64,000 nt of DNA from NCBI GenBank assembly GCA_038046385.1, contig JBBSWH010000004.1, positions 1 to 64,000 on the forward strand. The letters run 5' to 3'. Below are positions 19,830-30,259 of the stretch, one piece after another (position 1 is the stretch's first letter; the number at the start of each line of letters is the position of its first letter). Made by a program: the position numbers and the translations under genes. The notes under the pieces are model-generated. The model did no database searches, had not been told where the DNA came from, and worked only from the letters and a program-made list of their open reading frames with translations. The stretch comes from Nanobdellota archaeon (GTDB lineage Archaea; Nanobdellota; Nanobdellia; Woesearchaeales; GW2011-AR4).

Positions 19830-21359
19830 ATGAAAACCGCACTGATATCAGTTTCAAACAAAGAAGGAATTATTGAATTTGCAAAACAGCTTTCTAAGCT
19901 GGGATATGATATAATTTCAACAGGGAATACTGCAAAATTATTACAAAAAAATAAAATAAAAACAACTCTAATTTCAGAAATAACAAAATTTCCAGAGATG
20001 CTTGACGGAAGGGTAAAATCATTGCACCCAAATATTTTTGCAGGAGTTTTGGCAGACTTGAAAAACAAGAAGCACGCTGCAGAATTAAAAAAATATAAAA
20101 TATCCCCAATAAGCATTGTTGTGGTAAACTTCTACCCCTTTGAGGAAACAATAAAACAAAATGCAAAGATTAACGATGTCATAGAAAGCATCGATATTGG
20201 CGGCCCGTCTCTTGTAAGGGCTGCTGCAAAGAACCATAAAAATGTAGCTGTCATTGTTAATCCTGCAGATTACGGCAAAGTTTTAGATGAGATAAAAAAG
20301 GGAGATATAACAGATGAAACAAGAAAAAATCTGGCTACAAAAGCATTTTTGCACACGGGAAGGTACGACACAATAATCGGCAGGTATTTCACTGAGACTT
20401 ATCTCAATGAAATGTTCCCAGACACCTATAATTTTACATTCAAAAAAATACAGGATTTAAGATACGGAGAAAATCCTCACCAGAAAGCTGCATTTTACGG
20501 CTCGTACTGGATAAATGAAACATGTGTAAGCACATCAAAACAATTGCAGGGAAAAGAATTATCATACAACAATATTCTCGATGCAAATGACGCTTTCGAG
20601 CTTGTAAAGGATTTTGATGAGCCGGTTGCAGCTGTAATAAAGCACACCAACCCGAGCGGAGTCTCTACCGCTTCGACAATAGATAAAGCCTACAAAAAAG
20701 CGTACGAGACAGATTCAAAATCTGCATTTGGAGGAATTGTTGCATTAAACAGGCCATGCACCAAAAAAATTGCAGAAATGCTAAAGCCAGTTTTCATGGA
20801 AGTTGTAATATGCCCAAAATTTGAAAAAGAGGCTATTGAAATTTTCAAAGGAAAGAAGAATTTGAGATTGCTTGAAACCGGCCCGGTAAAAAAAGACTAC
20901 AAGAGCATGGACATGAGAAAAGTGGTTGGGGGTCTTCTTGTGCAGACAAGGCAGTTTCCTGAATTAAAAGAAAAAGACTTGAAAGTTGTTACAAAAAGAA
21001 AGCCTACAAAAGATGAGATAAGGGATATGCTATTTTCATGGAAGGTTAATCGTCATGTCAAATCAAATGCAATTGTATTCGCTAAAAATAATGTGACAAC
21101 CGGCATCGGCGCAGGCCAGATGTCAAGGGTTGATGCTGTCAAGCTTGCAATAATGAAATCAGAAGACAAGTGCAAGGGCTCTGTGATGAGCTCTGATGCA
21201 TTTTTCCCGTTCAGCGACGGAGTTGACGAGGCTGCAAAAGCCGGAATAACTGCAATCATACAGCCAGGCGGCTCGATAAGGGACGGGGAAGTCATAAAGG
21301 CTGCAGATGACAACAATCTTGCGATGGTATTTACCGGGGTAAGATTATTTAAGCATTAA
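19830..21359 (+). CDS. purH: Bifunctional AICAR formyltransferase/IMP cyclohydrolase
   Basis: ALISVSNK, GRVKSLHP, LRYGENPHQ, GAGQMSRVD, SDAFFPF. Confidence 0.97.
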   Translation: MKTALISVSNKEGIIEFAKQLSKLGYDIISTGNTAKLLQKNKIKTTLISEITKFPEMLDGRVKSLHPNIFAGVLADLKNKKHAAELKKYKISPISIVVVNFYPFEETIKQNAKINDVIESIDIGGPSLVRAAAKNHKNVAVIVNPADYGKVLDEIKKGDITDETRKNLATKAFLHTGRYDTIIGRYFTETYLNEMFPDTYNFTFKKIQDLRYGENPHQKAAFYGSYWINETCVSTSKQLQGKELSYNNILDANDAFELVKDFDEPVAAVIKHTNPSGVSTASTIDKAYKKAYETDSKSAFGGIVALNRPCTKKIAEMLKPVFMEVVICPKFEKEAIEIFKGKKNLRLLETGPVKKDYKSMDMRKVVGGLLVQTRQFPELKEKDLKVVTKRKPTKDEIRDMLFSWKVNRHVKSNAIVFAKNNVTTGIGAGQMSRVDAVKLAIMKSEDKCKGSVMSSDAFFPFSDGVDEAAKAGITAIIQPGGSIRDGEVIKAADDNNLAMVFTGVRLFKH

Positions 21360-21445
21360 GAACATTTAAATCAGGAATTTTCTGATTTAAATCATCGAAA
21401 TTTTGTTTCGATATATTTATATAATGCAATTTTAGTGTTCTGAGT

Positions 21446-22537
21446 ATGAAACATAAAACTATAGACCCATGGGGTTCAGGCCTTCTTGAGGATTATGAGA
21501 AAATCATAAAAGATTTTGGGCTTGAAGTGTTCGATGCAAAATCTTTTCCTGATCCGAATAGGCTGATGAGGCGCAATGTTGTCTTTGCAGGCCGCGATTT
21601 AAAGGTTATTTCTGATGCAATAAAAAATCATAAAAAATATTATGTTCTTAGCGGCATCGTTCCTTCAAATGAAAAAATACATTTCGGCAACAAGATGGTT
21701 GTCGAGAACATAAAGTATTTTCAGGAGCATCACGGGCATGCATACATTCTCGTTGCTGACTTGGAAGCAGCTTCTGCACGCGGAATAAGTCTTGAAGATG
21801 CAAAAAAAATGGCATTGGATTTCCATATTCCTGCGTATATCTCTCTTGGGCTTGACGCAAAAAAAACCACCTTCTATTTTCAATCAGAAAACAAGGAAGT
21901 CATGAACAAAGCTTACGAATTTGCAAAAAAAGTCACTTTTAATGAATTTGAAGCAATCTACGGAAGCGCTGACCCTGGCAAGATAATGGCCGCAATGGCG
22001 CAGGTTGCAGACATTCTTTATCCTCAGTTTGGCGAAAGCATACCGGGCATAATACCGGTAGGCATAGACCAGGACCCGCATATACGGCTTTCAAGGGATA
22101 TTGTAAGGCGATTTAAAGAAAGGAAATATTTTTTGCCGTCAGCAATGTACCACAAATACACACCGTCATTAAAAGGAGACATGAAAATGTCAAAATCACA
22201 TCCGGGGAGCTGCATTGAGCTGCCGGAAGATATAAAGTCAGTAAAGAAAAAAATAAAAAATGCTTTAAGCGGCGGACGCGACACGCTTGAAGAACATAGA
22301 AAACTTGGAGCGGATGTTGAAAAAGACATGGTTTTCGAATTGTTAAAGCAGCATCTTGTAGAGGATGACAAAGAGCTTGACAAGATTTATCATGAATACA
22401 AATCAGGAAAGATGACAAGCGGAGAGCTAAAGGAGATTGCTTGCTCCAAAATGGAAGATTTCATGAACGAGTTTAACAAGGGTGTTGAAAAGGCAAGGAG
22501 CCACATTTCTAGCTTGAATTTCGTTAAGTTCAAATGA
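21446..22537 (+). CDS. trpS: Tryptophanyl-tRNA synthetase
   Basis: IDPWG, HFGN, PVGIDQDPH, KMSKS. Confidence 0.95.
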   Translation: MKHKTIDPWGSGLLEDYEKIIKDFGLEVFDAKSFPDPNRLMRRNVVFAGRDLKVISDAIKNHKKYYVLSGIVPSNEKIHFGNKMVVENIKYFQEHHGHAYILVADLEAASARGISLEDAKKMALDFHIPAYISLGLDAKKTTFYFQSENKEVMNKAYEFAKKVTFNEFEAIYGSADPGKIMAAMAQVADILYPQFGESIPGIIPVGIDQDPHIRLSRDIVRRFKERKYFLPSAMYHKYTPSLKGDMKMSKSHPGSCIELPEDIKSVKKKIKNALSGGRDTLEEHRKLGADVEKDMVFELLKQHLVEDDKELDKIYHEYKSGKMTSGELKEIACSKMEDFMNEFNKGVEKARSHISSLNFVKFK

Positions 22538-22614
22538 GCGATTGTAAATTTGAACTTCAGAAAATTGATTAAATTTTCGTTAAGTTTAAATAGATAATAT
22601 AGCACTATAGTAGC

Positions 22615-22965
22615 ATGGCAAAGGATAATAGACCAAGTGTTGTAAACGGAATGTTTCTTGCACTTATTTCAATGGCTGTTTTTTCAATCGCAATAATGAG
22701 CGAGAACTCCAATATAACTGGATTTGTGGCTGCAAACGACAATGTGCAGTCAATTAATATTCTTGACTTAAAAGGATTCAGTGATATAAACTCCCTCGGT
22801 GAGCTTGCTCCTGGAAAATACTACATAAGCAGTGAAGGAATTGTCTATTACATGGACGATTCTTCAAGGTTCGCTGTCGCAAAAATAGATTATATTGATG
22901 AAATCCAAAAAAACAGGCTCATTTACATAGACGGCAAAGGTAATGTCGGATATCTTATAGAATGA
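22615..22965 (+). CDS. Hypothetical membrane-anchored protein
   Basis: N-terminal TM segment followed by NITGFV. Confidence 0.6.
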   Translation: MAKDNRPSVVNGMFLALISMAVFSIAIMSENSNITGFVAANDNVQSINILDLKGFSDINSLGELAPGKYYISSEGIVYYMDDSSRFAVAKIDYIDEIQKNRLIYIDGKGNVGYLIE

Positions 22966-23180
22966 TTAAAATGAAAAAAGAGTTTAATGTCGCCCCATTG
23001 TCAAGCGCATTCATGCTTACCAGCATTGTTGGTGCCCTGATTTCTGCTTTTTACATTTTTCCCAGTTCAAGAACGTGGGGATTTGCATTTATTTTGTTCT
23101 TCACATTAATGTTCGTAGCGTCTCTTATATCAATGACGTACGCGCCAAGCGACTGGCCGCTGAAAACGCCAAGAAAATAA
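22962..23180 (+). CDS. Small 2-TM membrane protein
   Basis: Hydrophobic ORF overlapping or abutting its neighbours. Confidence 0.65.
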   Translation: MIKMKKEFNVAPLSSAFMLTSIVGALISAFYIFPSSRTWGFAFILFFTLMFVASLISMTYAPSDWPLKTPRK

Positions 23181-23181
23181 G

Positions 23182-23586
23182 ATGATTTCAGATTCAGAGA
23201 TTTGGATAAGGCTTGTGATTTCTGTCCTTGCAGGCGGATTAATAGGCCTTGAAAGGGAAGTTGTCCACAAGCCTGCAGGAATAAGAACGCATATGCTCGT
23301 TTCAATGGGGTCTGCCCTGTTTATTATTATAACAATACAAAGTATCCCTGGCGAGATAGCAAGAATTATTGCAGGGATAGCAACAGGAATAGGATTTTTG
23401 GGTGCAGGCACGATATTCAGGACAAAAAGCGAAGTTCAGGGGCTGACAACAGCAGCTTCAATATGGGCTGTTGCAGCAGTGGGATTGGCAGCCGGCCTTG
23501 GATATTATCTCATTACTTCAATATCGGTTTTGCTTGTGATTGTAATACTCCACTTGAACAAGCTGGAATTTTTCAGAAGGCTTTAG
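23182..23586 (+). CDS. MgtC/SapB family membrane protein
   Basis: GLIGLERE..KPAGIRTH, GIGFLGAGTI, GLTTAASIW. Confidence 0.92.
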   Translation: MISDSEIWIRLVISVLAGGLIGLEREVVHKPAGIRTHMLVSMGSALFIIITIQSIPGEIARIIAGIATGIGFLGAGTIFRTKSEVQGLTTAASIWAVAAVGLAAGLGYYLITSISVLLVIVILHLNKLEFFRRL

Positions 23587-23623
23587 AGAACTTCTGCAAA
23601 TTAGTAGTTTTTCAAAATCCTGC

Positions 23624-24940
23624 TTAGAATTCAATAACTTTCTTTTCGTTTGGAAGCGCGCTTGGGGATGATCCGCCGTGCCATGTGTATCTTGGCCTTA
23701 TTCTTACAGGGTATAATTTCTCGTTTATATCGTCAAATATGATTGCAGCGCCCTCTTCTGAAGGCAATAAGTTAAGCTGCTTGTCCAATCCGTCGCGCAT
23801 GTAGCTTTGCATTATGTTGCTAAGCGCGTCAACGTCGATGTTTGCAGTTAGTCTGTGTGCAATGACTACATCAGCCTGCGTAAAAACATCTGTATGGATT
23901 TTTCCTGGCTGCTGTGATGCAAGGACAAGGCTTATTCCTGGCTGCCTCCCTTCCCTTAACAATGTGATTAGCGGCGCTGTTGCCGGAGTCTTTCCCTTGT
24001 TTGGCAAAAATTCATGCGCCTCGTCTATTATCAGCCACACCATTGGCTCCTTTTTATGATCTTTTTCTTCTTCAAAAAAATGGATTTCCTCGCTGACAGA
24101 CCTTTGCTCTTCTGCCTTTCTTGCAGTCATTCTCTGCACAAACAGTTTCTGAGCAACTAGGCCGATTACAAGCCCCCTTAAATTTTCAGAGCCGCTTGAA
24201 GTGGTATATGCGCTGACATCAAGCACGCTTATCTGCCCAGGTATGACGATATCTTCTATCATTGTCCCTTCTGTGCTGAACAGTCCCCATTTGTCTGCGA
24301 CCATAAACCTGTTTTCAGCCGCGTCCTTTACGGATTTTTCTGCCCTGTCGTCTTTTGCAATCTCATCAATAATGTCACTTATCCCATAATCAGTTTTCTC
24401 TTCCTGAAGAGTATTAACAGCCCTTTCAATTGCTATGCCGATTGGGTCCATTATCTGGATGTTAAATATCATGCACCATTCCTCTGCTTTCAGCTCGCTT
24501 GTCTTGACAGAAAATGGATAGTCTGCGGGGATGCCTTTTTCCCTGTAGTCTTCAAAAACCCCTTTTGGCGTGAAGATATTTATGTTAAGCCCTTTTGGCT
24601 CGATGCCCCATGATTCTATTATCTCATGGTCTTTATTGTTCGGGTATTTCATCGTCCAGTATATCCCCATTGTGTCCAGCATTACAACGGCAAGGTTGTT
24701 CCTTATTTCATCCGGAAGGTCATAAATCCCTTCTGCAATGACCCCCATTGTATAACTTTTTCCAGAACCTCTTTTTCCGACGACAAAAACAACATGGGAC
24801 TTTGCAACATCAAGGTACACTTTATTTGACAATGAAGTTGTCTGGCCCATTTTTACATAATGCCTTCCAAGAAGTATTGCACCGTCTGTTCCGTGCTTTT
24901 CCTTGTTAGCTTCGCTTCTTCCCACAAGAATGTCGTACAT
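23624..24940 (-). CDS. HerA/FtsK-like (DUF87) ATPase
   Basis: Walker A GKRGSGKS, Walker B LIIDEAH, REGRQPG. Confidence 0.85.
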   Translation of the reverse strand: MYDILVGRSEANKEKHGTDGAILLGRHYVKMGQTTSLSNKVYLDVAKSHVVFVVGKRGSGKSYTMGVIAEGIYDLPDEIRNNLAVVMLDTMGIYWTMKYPNNKDHEIIESWGIEPKGLNINIFTPKGVFEDYREKGIPADYPFSVKTSELKAEEWCMIFNIQIMDPIGIAIERAVNTLQEEKTDYGISDIIDEIAKDDRAEKSVKDAAENRFMVADKWGLFSTEGTMIEDIVIPGQISVLDVSAYTTSSGSENLRGLVIGLVAQKLFVQRMTARKAEEQRSVSEEIHFFEEEKDHKKEPMVWLIIDEAHEFLPNKGKTPATAPLITLLREGRQPGISLVLASQQPGKIHTDVFTQADVVIAHRLTANIDVDALSNIMQSYMRDGLDKQLNLLPSEEGAAIIFDDINEKLYPVRIRPRYTWHGGSSPSALPNEKKVIEF

Positions 24941-25050
24941 GGCTCATTAGTCTGCTGTATGTTATAAATGCTTTTATTGAAACTAGCCAGTGGCAAAAAT
25001 TTTGAATCTTATTAGAAAGATTTATTTATCACCCAATAAGCCATAAAGCA

Positions 25051-26268
25051 ATGAATGCATCCCAGAAAGAAAGGCTTGAGCAGGAATTAAGGTTTCTTAA
25101 GGAAAGTTTTGAGGCAGAAGTAATAAGCAAGGAAGAGTTTGAGAAAGGAAAGGAAAGAATAGAGAAAAAACTAAGTGTTTTGAATGCAGAAAAGCCGGCT
25201 GAGCCAAAGCCGGAAGAGCCTGTTAATGCTGAAAAAACCGCAAATGGGCAGGAAGATGATGATTATAAAAAAGAAAATGCTTCGGTCCAGCAGGAAAAAG
25301 CACAATCTAATGAAGATGTTAAAAAGGAAGCTGAAATAGAGATACTTGAAGAGCAGGAAAAAAATAGTTCTGAAGAAAGCCATGAAGAGGAAAATCCTAA
25401 GGCACAGGAAACAGCTTACGAAAAAAAATCAGATAAGCCAAAAACAAGCAGATTGTTCAAGTACGGTGCTGTGTTTGTCGTGCTTGTGTTAATATTATTC
25501 TTTTCATATAATGCTTTTAAAAATGATAGTTCTGCAGAAAAACCAAAAGCCGAGCAGGAGATTAAATTTGTCCCGGTATGTTCTGCCGATTCTGACTGCA
25601 CAAAAGAAGGATATACTGGGTCTTGCGCAAATTCCGGAGCAAAAAACTCAGAATGCCAGTTTACTGAAATTCCAAAAATAAATGCAATTGTTTTGAACGG
25701 CAAGGGCGAATGCTTCAACTGCGACACAGGCAGGGTTTTAGGAATACTTAATGAAAGATTTGGGCCATTGCTTGCAGAAAGCATAGATTACAATACTGAA
25801 AAAGGAAAAAACCTGATTCAGGAGCTTGGCATAACAGTTCTTCCTGCATACATCTTCAGCCCTGATCTGCAGGAAAGAAAAAATTTCAATGAATTCAAAC
25901 AGATATTCATAGAAAAAAATGGTTATTACATGCTGAACACTGATGTTGCAGCGTCTTCATTTTATTTCACAAGAAAGAATATGCAGATGAAGCTTGACCT
26001 TTTTGTGATTGAGAATGATGCATCGAGCATGAAGGCAGAGAACAATCTAAAAGAATTCCTTGCCGGCTTCAAGAATGTTAAGTTTGAAAAGCATTCCTAC
26101 GGCAGCCAGCTTGCGCAGGAGCTTGGGTTAAAGACGTTCCCAGTGTTCCTTGTCAACAATCAGGTTAAATTCGGAGGAGTTCAGCCTGCAGATGTTATAA
26201 GAGAGAATTTCTGCAATATGAATAATGTTGCAGATTGCCAGAAGAATTTATCAAAGAATTTAATTTGA
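25051..26268 (+). CDS. Membrane protein: SHOCT-like N-terminus, acidic linker, TM segment, thioredoxin-like domains
   Basis: FEAEVISKEEFEKGKERI; TM; CFNC; ELGITVLPAY and ELGLKTFPVF. Confidence 0.65.
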   Translation: MNASQKERLEQELRFLKESFEAEVISKEEFEKGKERIEKKLSVLNAEKPAEPKPEEPVNAEKTANGQEDDDYKKENASVQQEKAQSNEDVKKEAEIEILEEQEKNSSEESHEEENPKAQETAYEKKSDKPKTSRLFKYGAVFVVLVLILFFSYNAFKNDSSAEKPKAEQEIKFVPVCSADSDCTKEGYTGSCANSGAKNSECQFTEIPKINAIVLNGKGECFNCDTGRVLGILNERFGPLLAESIDYNTEKGKNLIQELGITVLPAYIFSPDLQERKNFNEFKQIFIEKNGYYMLNTDVAASSFYFTRKNMQMKLDLFVIENDASSMKAENNLKEFLAGFKNVKFEKHSYGSQLAQELGLKTFPVFLVNNQVKFGGVQPADVIRENFCNMNNVADCQKNLSKNLI

Positions 26269-26321
26269 TTAATTTCTAGAAAAGCAAGGTTTATATTTAT
26301 GTTATCTGGGTCATAACCTAA

Positions 26322-26801
26322 ATGGTTATTGTAAGCTCTGATGAAATTAACAGTGTTTTAAAGACCTACAAACTTGTTGAAGACAAAATAAGATGGTATA
26401 GGGCATCGGTAAGGGTTCTTGATTTAGGATGCGGAAAAACCGGAGCTGCAGTGACTGAGCTAAAGGCACGATATAACGGTAAAGTAGAATGTTATGGGGT
26501 TGATCCAACTGTAAGGGCTAGCTCCAGAGATACCCCATTATATATGGAAGAACCCGATAGCCTCCCATTCAAAGATGGATATTTTGATGTTGTTTACTCA
26601 TGTAATTACATGTATTATTTTGATGACGAAAAAATACGAAGCATCCTTAAAGATGTTCTAAGAGTATTGAAGCCCAAAGGATATTTTGTTTTTAATGACT
26701 ATAGAAGAAGCTCAGCAAAATATAAAGAGGATTTTATCCCTTCAGCTGGAATAAAAGCAAGAATTTTTGGAGACAAGCCAAAGTTCATAATAAAATATTG
26801 A
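26322..26801 (+). CDS. Class I SAM-dependent methyltransferase
   Basis: VLDLGCG, LPFKDGYFDVV, RVLKPKG. Confidence 0.9.
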   Translation: MVIVSSDEINSVLKTYKLVEDKIRWYRASVRVLDLGCGKTGAAVTELKARYNGKVECYGVDPTVRASSRDTPLYMEEPDSLPFKDGYFDVVYSCNYMYYFDDEKIRSILKDVLRVLKPKGYFVFNDYRRSSAKYKEDFIPSAGIKARIFGDKPKFIIKY

Positions 26802-26862
26802 TTATTAATAAAAATTAATTAAAAAATAAAAGAAAAAATAAAAAAAGAATTAAAAAATAAAA

Positions 26863-28161
26863 TTAAAAGTCATTCACAGTAAGAATGCTTACTCTTGTCT
26901 CGTTTGGCTTGACTTTTGAGTCCATTGCAACAAGGAACTTGACATTTGCAGATTCTGCTGCTGTTGCAATTTCCCTTTCAATGCTGCCGTCAAAGATGAC
27001 TGCATGCGCATTGGTTATGCTCTTCAAAGCAGTGTGAATCTCGCTTACAGGAACTTTTCCAAGTATTGCAAGCTTGCTGTCAAGTATCTCAGCGCCTCTT
27101 GTTCCAATCAGATCTTCAAGCATTGATTTGAATTTGTTCTTCTCCTCAACTGAGATTGCTTTTTTCACCATTGGCGGTGGAGCAGTCTGCTGCTGGAAAG
27201 GCCTTTGGGGCCTTTGCTGGTAGGACTGTTGCATATGCGGTTGCTGCTGCATCTGGTGATGCGGCTGGCTATGCGGCTGCGGGCTTGGATTTCTTCTTAC
27301 CATCTCCATTGCCATCTTTTCCGGCTCCTTTGAAAGCTCCAGTTTTGCCTGTTCGCCTGAAATTCTGCTTCTTAATGCCTTGTGAATTTCTTTCTTTGCT
27401 AGCTCTTCAACTTCCTTTCCGTCAGGTGCTTTTGTAACGAAATCTATGTCGGCAACTCCAGTAAGTTCCTTAATAATAAGGTTTCCCCCTCTGTCTCCAT
27501 CGACAAAAGCTGTGACAACTTTCCTTGAACAAAGCTCAACTATTGATTCTGGAACAGATGTGCCGTTAATCGCAACCGCGTTCTTGAATCCGTGCTTTAG
27601 TAAGTTGAGTACATCTGCTCTTCCTTCAACGACAATAATTTCATCGCTTTCTTCTATTGCAGGGCCTGCGGGAAGCCTTTCTCTCCCATATTCAACAATT
27701 TCCATGACCCTTACAGCTGATGTTACTTCATCTGCAAGCTCTTGCGAGTCCGGCATTGTGTTTTCCATCATTTTCTTAAGAAGCTCTTTTGCCCTTTCTA
27801 TGACCATGCTTCTTTTGCTGATTCTAACATCTTCTATGTTAGTAACTTCGATTTTTGCATTGCAAGGCCCTATTCTCTGGATTATTTCCAAAGCTGCGCC
27901 TACAATTGAAGTTTCTGCCTTGTCAAGAGAAGAAGGTATGATTATTGTTCCTTTTGTCTTTCCTGTTCTTGTCTCTGTGTTGACTTCTATTCTTCCGATT
28001 CTTCCTGACTTTTGAAGCTCCCTTAATTCAAGATCTGCTCCCAAAAGCCCTTCGGTCTGGCCGAAAATTGCGCCGATTACGTCCGGCTTATCTACTACTC
28101 CCTCAATATCTATATTTGAGTGAATTATATATTTTGATGATACTGGGCTTATTTTTCCCAT
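26863..28161 (-). CDS. dnaG: Archaeal DnaG (TOPRIM, exosome-associated)
   Basis: [31 protein letters not shown]. Confidence 0.95.
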   Translation of the reverse strand: MGKISPVSSKYIIHSNIDIEGVVDKPDVIGAIFGQTEGLLGADLELRELQKSGRIGRIEVNTETRTGKTKGTIIIPSSLDKAETSIVGAALEIIQRIGPCNAKIEVTNIEDVRISKRSMVIERAKELLKKMMENTMPDSQELADEVTSAVRVMEIVEYGRERLPAGPAIEESDEIIVVEGRADVLNLLKHGFKNAVAINGTSVPESIVELCSRKVVTAFVDGDRGGNLIIKELTGVADIDFVTKAPDGKEVEELAKKEIHKALRSRISGEQAKLELSKEPEKMAMEMVRRNPSPQPHSQPHHQMQQQPHMQQSYQQRPQRPFQQQTAPPPMVKKAISVEEKNKFKSMLEDLIGTRGAEILDSKLAILGKVPVSEIHTALKSITNAHAVIFDGSIEREIATAAESANVKFLVAMDSKVKPNETRVSILTVNDF

Positions 28162-28390
28162 GTTTATCCCTCCACTTAACTCTATTAGTTTATAGAAGAA
28201 GCTATCAAACCAAAATGATTGTGATTTTGAATGACCATGTGTTAGCTTCTCCTGATGTGAAACTCTTAGAACAAGCTATGATTACTCTTATTTAATCAAC
28301 ATAATATATGTTTATGCAAAATAAATAATGATGATAATGATAGGCTTATTCTAATGCTTCGTTTTTTTTTGATTATATTATAATAATGTA

Positions 28391-28463
28391 GCCCGTTGCA
28401 CTAACCCCAAAATTCATTGCTTGACGGTCATCGTGAGCTCCGTTTGGTACTCTCGTGACGGGC
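28391..28463 (-). ncRNA. Candidate ~73-nt structured RNA or dnaG leader
   Basis: GC-rich island closed by GCCCGT/ACGGGC; TTTAAATA 23 nt upstream on the minus strand. Confidence 0.35.
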
Positions 28464-28937
28464 AAAATCTAGTAATCCATTCCGATATTTAAACCTTTGC
28501 AAAAATCTTATTTTACAATATTTAAGATTATTTTAAATATATTCAGTATGGAAAATAAAGAAAATCATCAAAAAATGAGTGTTTTAAGCATATTTTAAAT
28601 AAAAACCCTAGCGAAGCCTCTTGCGAAACCCCGCTAAGGAAAAAGAGGTGATTATAAAGTATTACATTCCCCAACGTAATATATCTGTTACTACTGAGTA
28701 ATAGAACTTATATTTAAATGTTTCGATTGATTCACTATTTTAAAGTAGTGTAAGCATAAGTGGATAGAATTATATAGAAACTAAGTTTTTCAAAGCCTAA
28801 AATGATAAATAAAAAAAGTTTCGATATCGTAGGATTTCACAAAGTGAATATCCTACCGGAACATGTCGTAAATCAAAGATTTACGAACACACGCAAATTC
28901 CAAAAGAATTTGCTTTGCTTCCGGGGGTAGTTACGCT

Positions 28938-29654
28938 TTGGCAAAACGATCAGGGGCAAAGGAAGAGCATAAAGTCTGGGGCAACGTATTTGACCCATTC
29001 ACTCAGAAAACGGTCTATAAGCTCATAACACAGGGGCATTTTGAAGGCCTTCAAAGCCCAATCTCAATAGGAAAAGAAGCCAATATATTTTCTGCCTTAA
29101 GAAAAGACGGCTCAAAGATAATGACAAAAATCTACAGGCTGGAAACATGTGATTTCAACAGGATGTATGATTACATCAAAAGCGACGTTCGTTTTTCACA
29201 TATCAAAAAAGGCAAGAGAAACATTGTTTTTCTCTGGGTGCAGAGAGAATACAGAAACCTTATGAAAGCAAGGAAAGCGGGGGTAAATGTCCCTATACCG
29301 ATAGCTTTCTCCAATAACGTGCTTGTGCTTGAATTTATAGGGGATAATGAGATGATTGCGCCAAAGCTAAAGGATTCTGAGGTAAAAGACAAAAAAGCAT
29401 TTTTTGACAAGATTGTCTTAAACATGAAGAAACTCTACAAAGTAGGTTTAGTTCACGCTGATTTATCTGCTTTTAACATCCTAAATAACAACCAGAACCC
29501 GGTTTTCATTGATTTTTCGCAAACTACAACAATTGAAGACCCAAGAGCAGCTGAATACCTTGAAAGGGACGTAAGAAACATAGCGACTTACTTCAGGAAA
29601 ATTGGGTTTGATGTAGATGAGCAAAAAACAAAAGAAAAAATAATGAAAACATGA
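28938..29654 (+). CDS. rio1: RIO1 family Ser/Thr kinase
   Basis: ISIGKEANIF, KIYR, LVHADLSAFNIL, IDFSQ. Confidence 0.92.
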   Translation: MAKRSGAKEEHKVWGNVFDPFTQKTVYKLITQGHFEGLQSPISIGKEANIFSALRKDGSKIMTKIYRLETCDFNRMYDYIKSDVRFSHIKKGKRNIVFLWVQREYRNLMKARKAGVNVPIPIAFSNNVLVLEFIGDNEMIAPKLKDSEVKDKKAFFDKIVLNMKKLYKVGLVHADLSAFNILNNNQNPVFIDFSQTTTIEDPRAAEYLERDVRNIATYFRKIGFDVDEQKTKEKIMKT

Positions 29655-29709
29655 TAAAAAACTTAATTTTATAAATAAGCTTAAAAATTACCTGACATTC
29701 CAAACTTCA

Positions 29710-30255
29710 ATGGTCGAATATTCATATGAGCTAAAGGTCCCTAAAAACAGGGTTGCCGTAATAATAGGTAAAGAGGGATCTATAAAAAGAGAGATAGAAG
29801 AAGCGACTAAAACAAAGCTGGATATCGACTCAAAAGAAGGCGATGTTTCTTTAACTGGAGAGGATGCTCTTGGCCTTTATTCTGCAAGAGAGATAATAAA
29901 AGCAATAGGGCGCGGTTTCAATCCGGAATTGGCAAAATTATTGCTTAAGCAGGATTATGTTTTTGAAGTTGTTGACGTCGCAGAGTTTGTAGGAAGATCA
30001 AAAGATGCAATCATAAGATTAAAAGGACGTGTAATAGGAAAAGAAGGCAAGTCAAGAAGACTGATTGAAGAGCTGACAGAATGCAACATCTCTGTTTTCG
30101 GAAAGACAATAGGAATAATAGGCCTTCCGGAGTCTGCTTCAAACGCACGCCATGCAATAGAATCCTTGCTTAGCGGCTCTAATCACTCAAATGTCTACAA
30201 GTGGCTTGAAAAAAGAAGAAAAGACATGAAAAGAAAATCGATAATGGAAATGTAG
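29710..30255 (+). CDS. KH-domain rRNA-processing protein (Dim2/Pno1-like)
   Basis: [25 protein letters not shown]; follows rio1. Confidence 0.9.
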   Translation: MVEYSYELKVPKNRVAVIIGKEGSIKREIEEATKTKLDIDSKEGDVSLTGEDALGLYSAREIIKAIGRGFNPELAKLLLKQDYVFEVVDVAEFVGRSKDAIIRLKGRVIGKEGKSRRLIEELTECNISVFGKTIGIIGLPESASNARHAIESLLSGSNHSNVYKWLEKRRKDMKRKSIMEM

Positions 30256-30259
30256 TTTT

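Noticed and set aside
23624-24940. HerA-NurA operon
   Set aside because: The ATPase is about 24 kb from nurA and lacks an obvious N-terminal HAS barrel, so a partnership is not supported
28162-28937. Long AT-rich intergenic region as a replication origin
   Set aside because: No recognisable ORB repeats and no adjacent orc1/cdc6; cannot be supported
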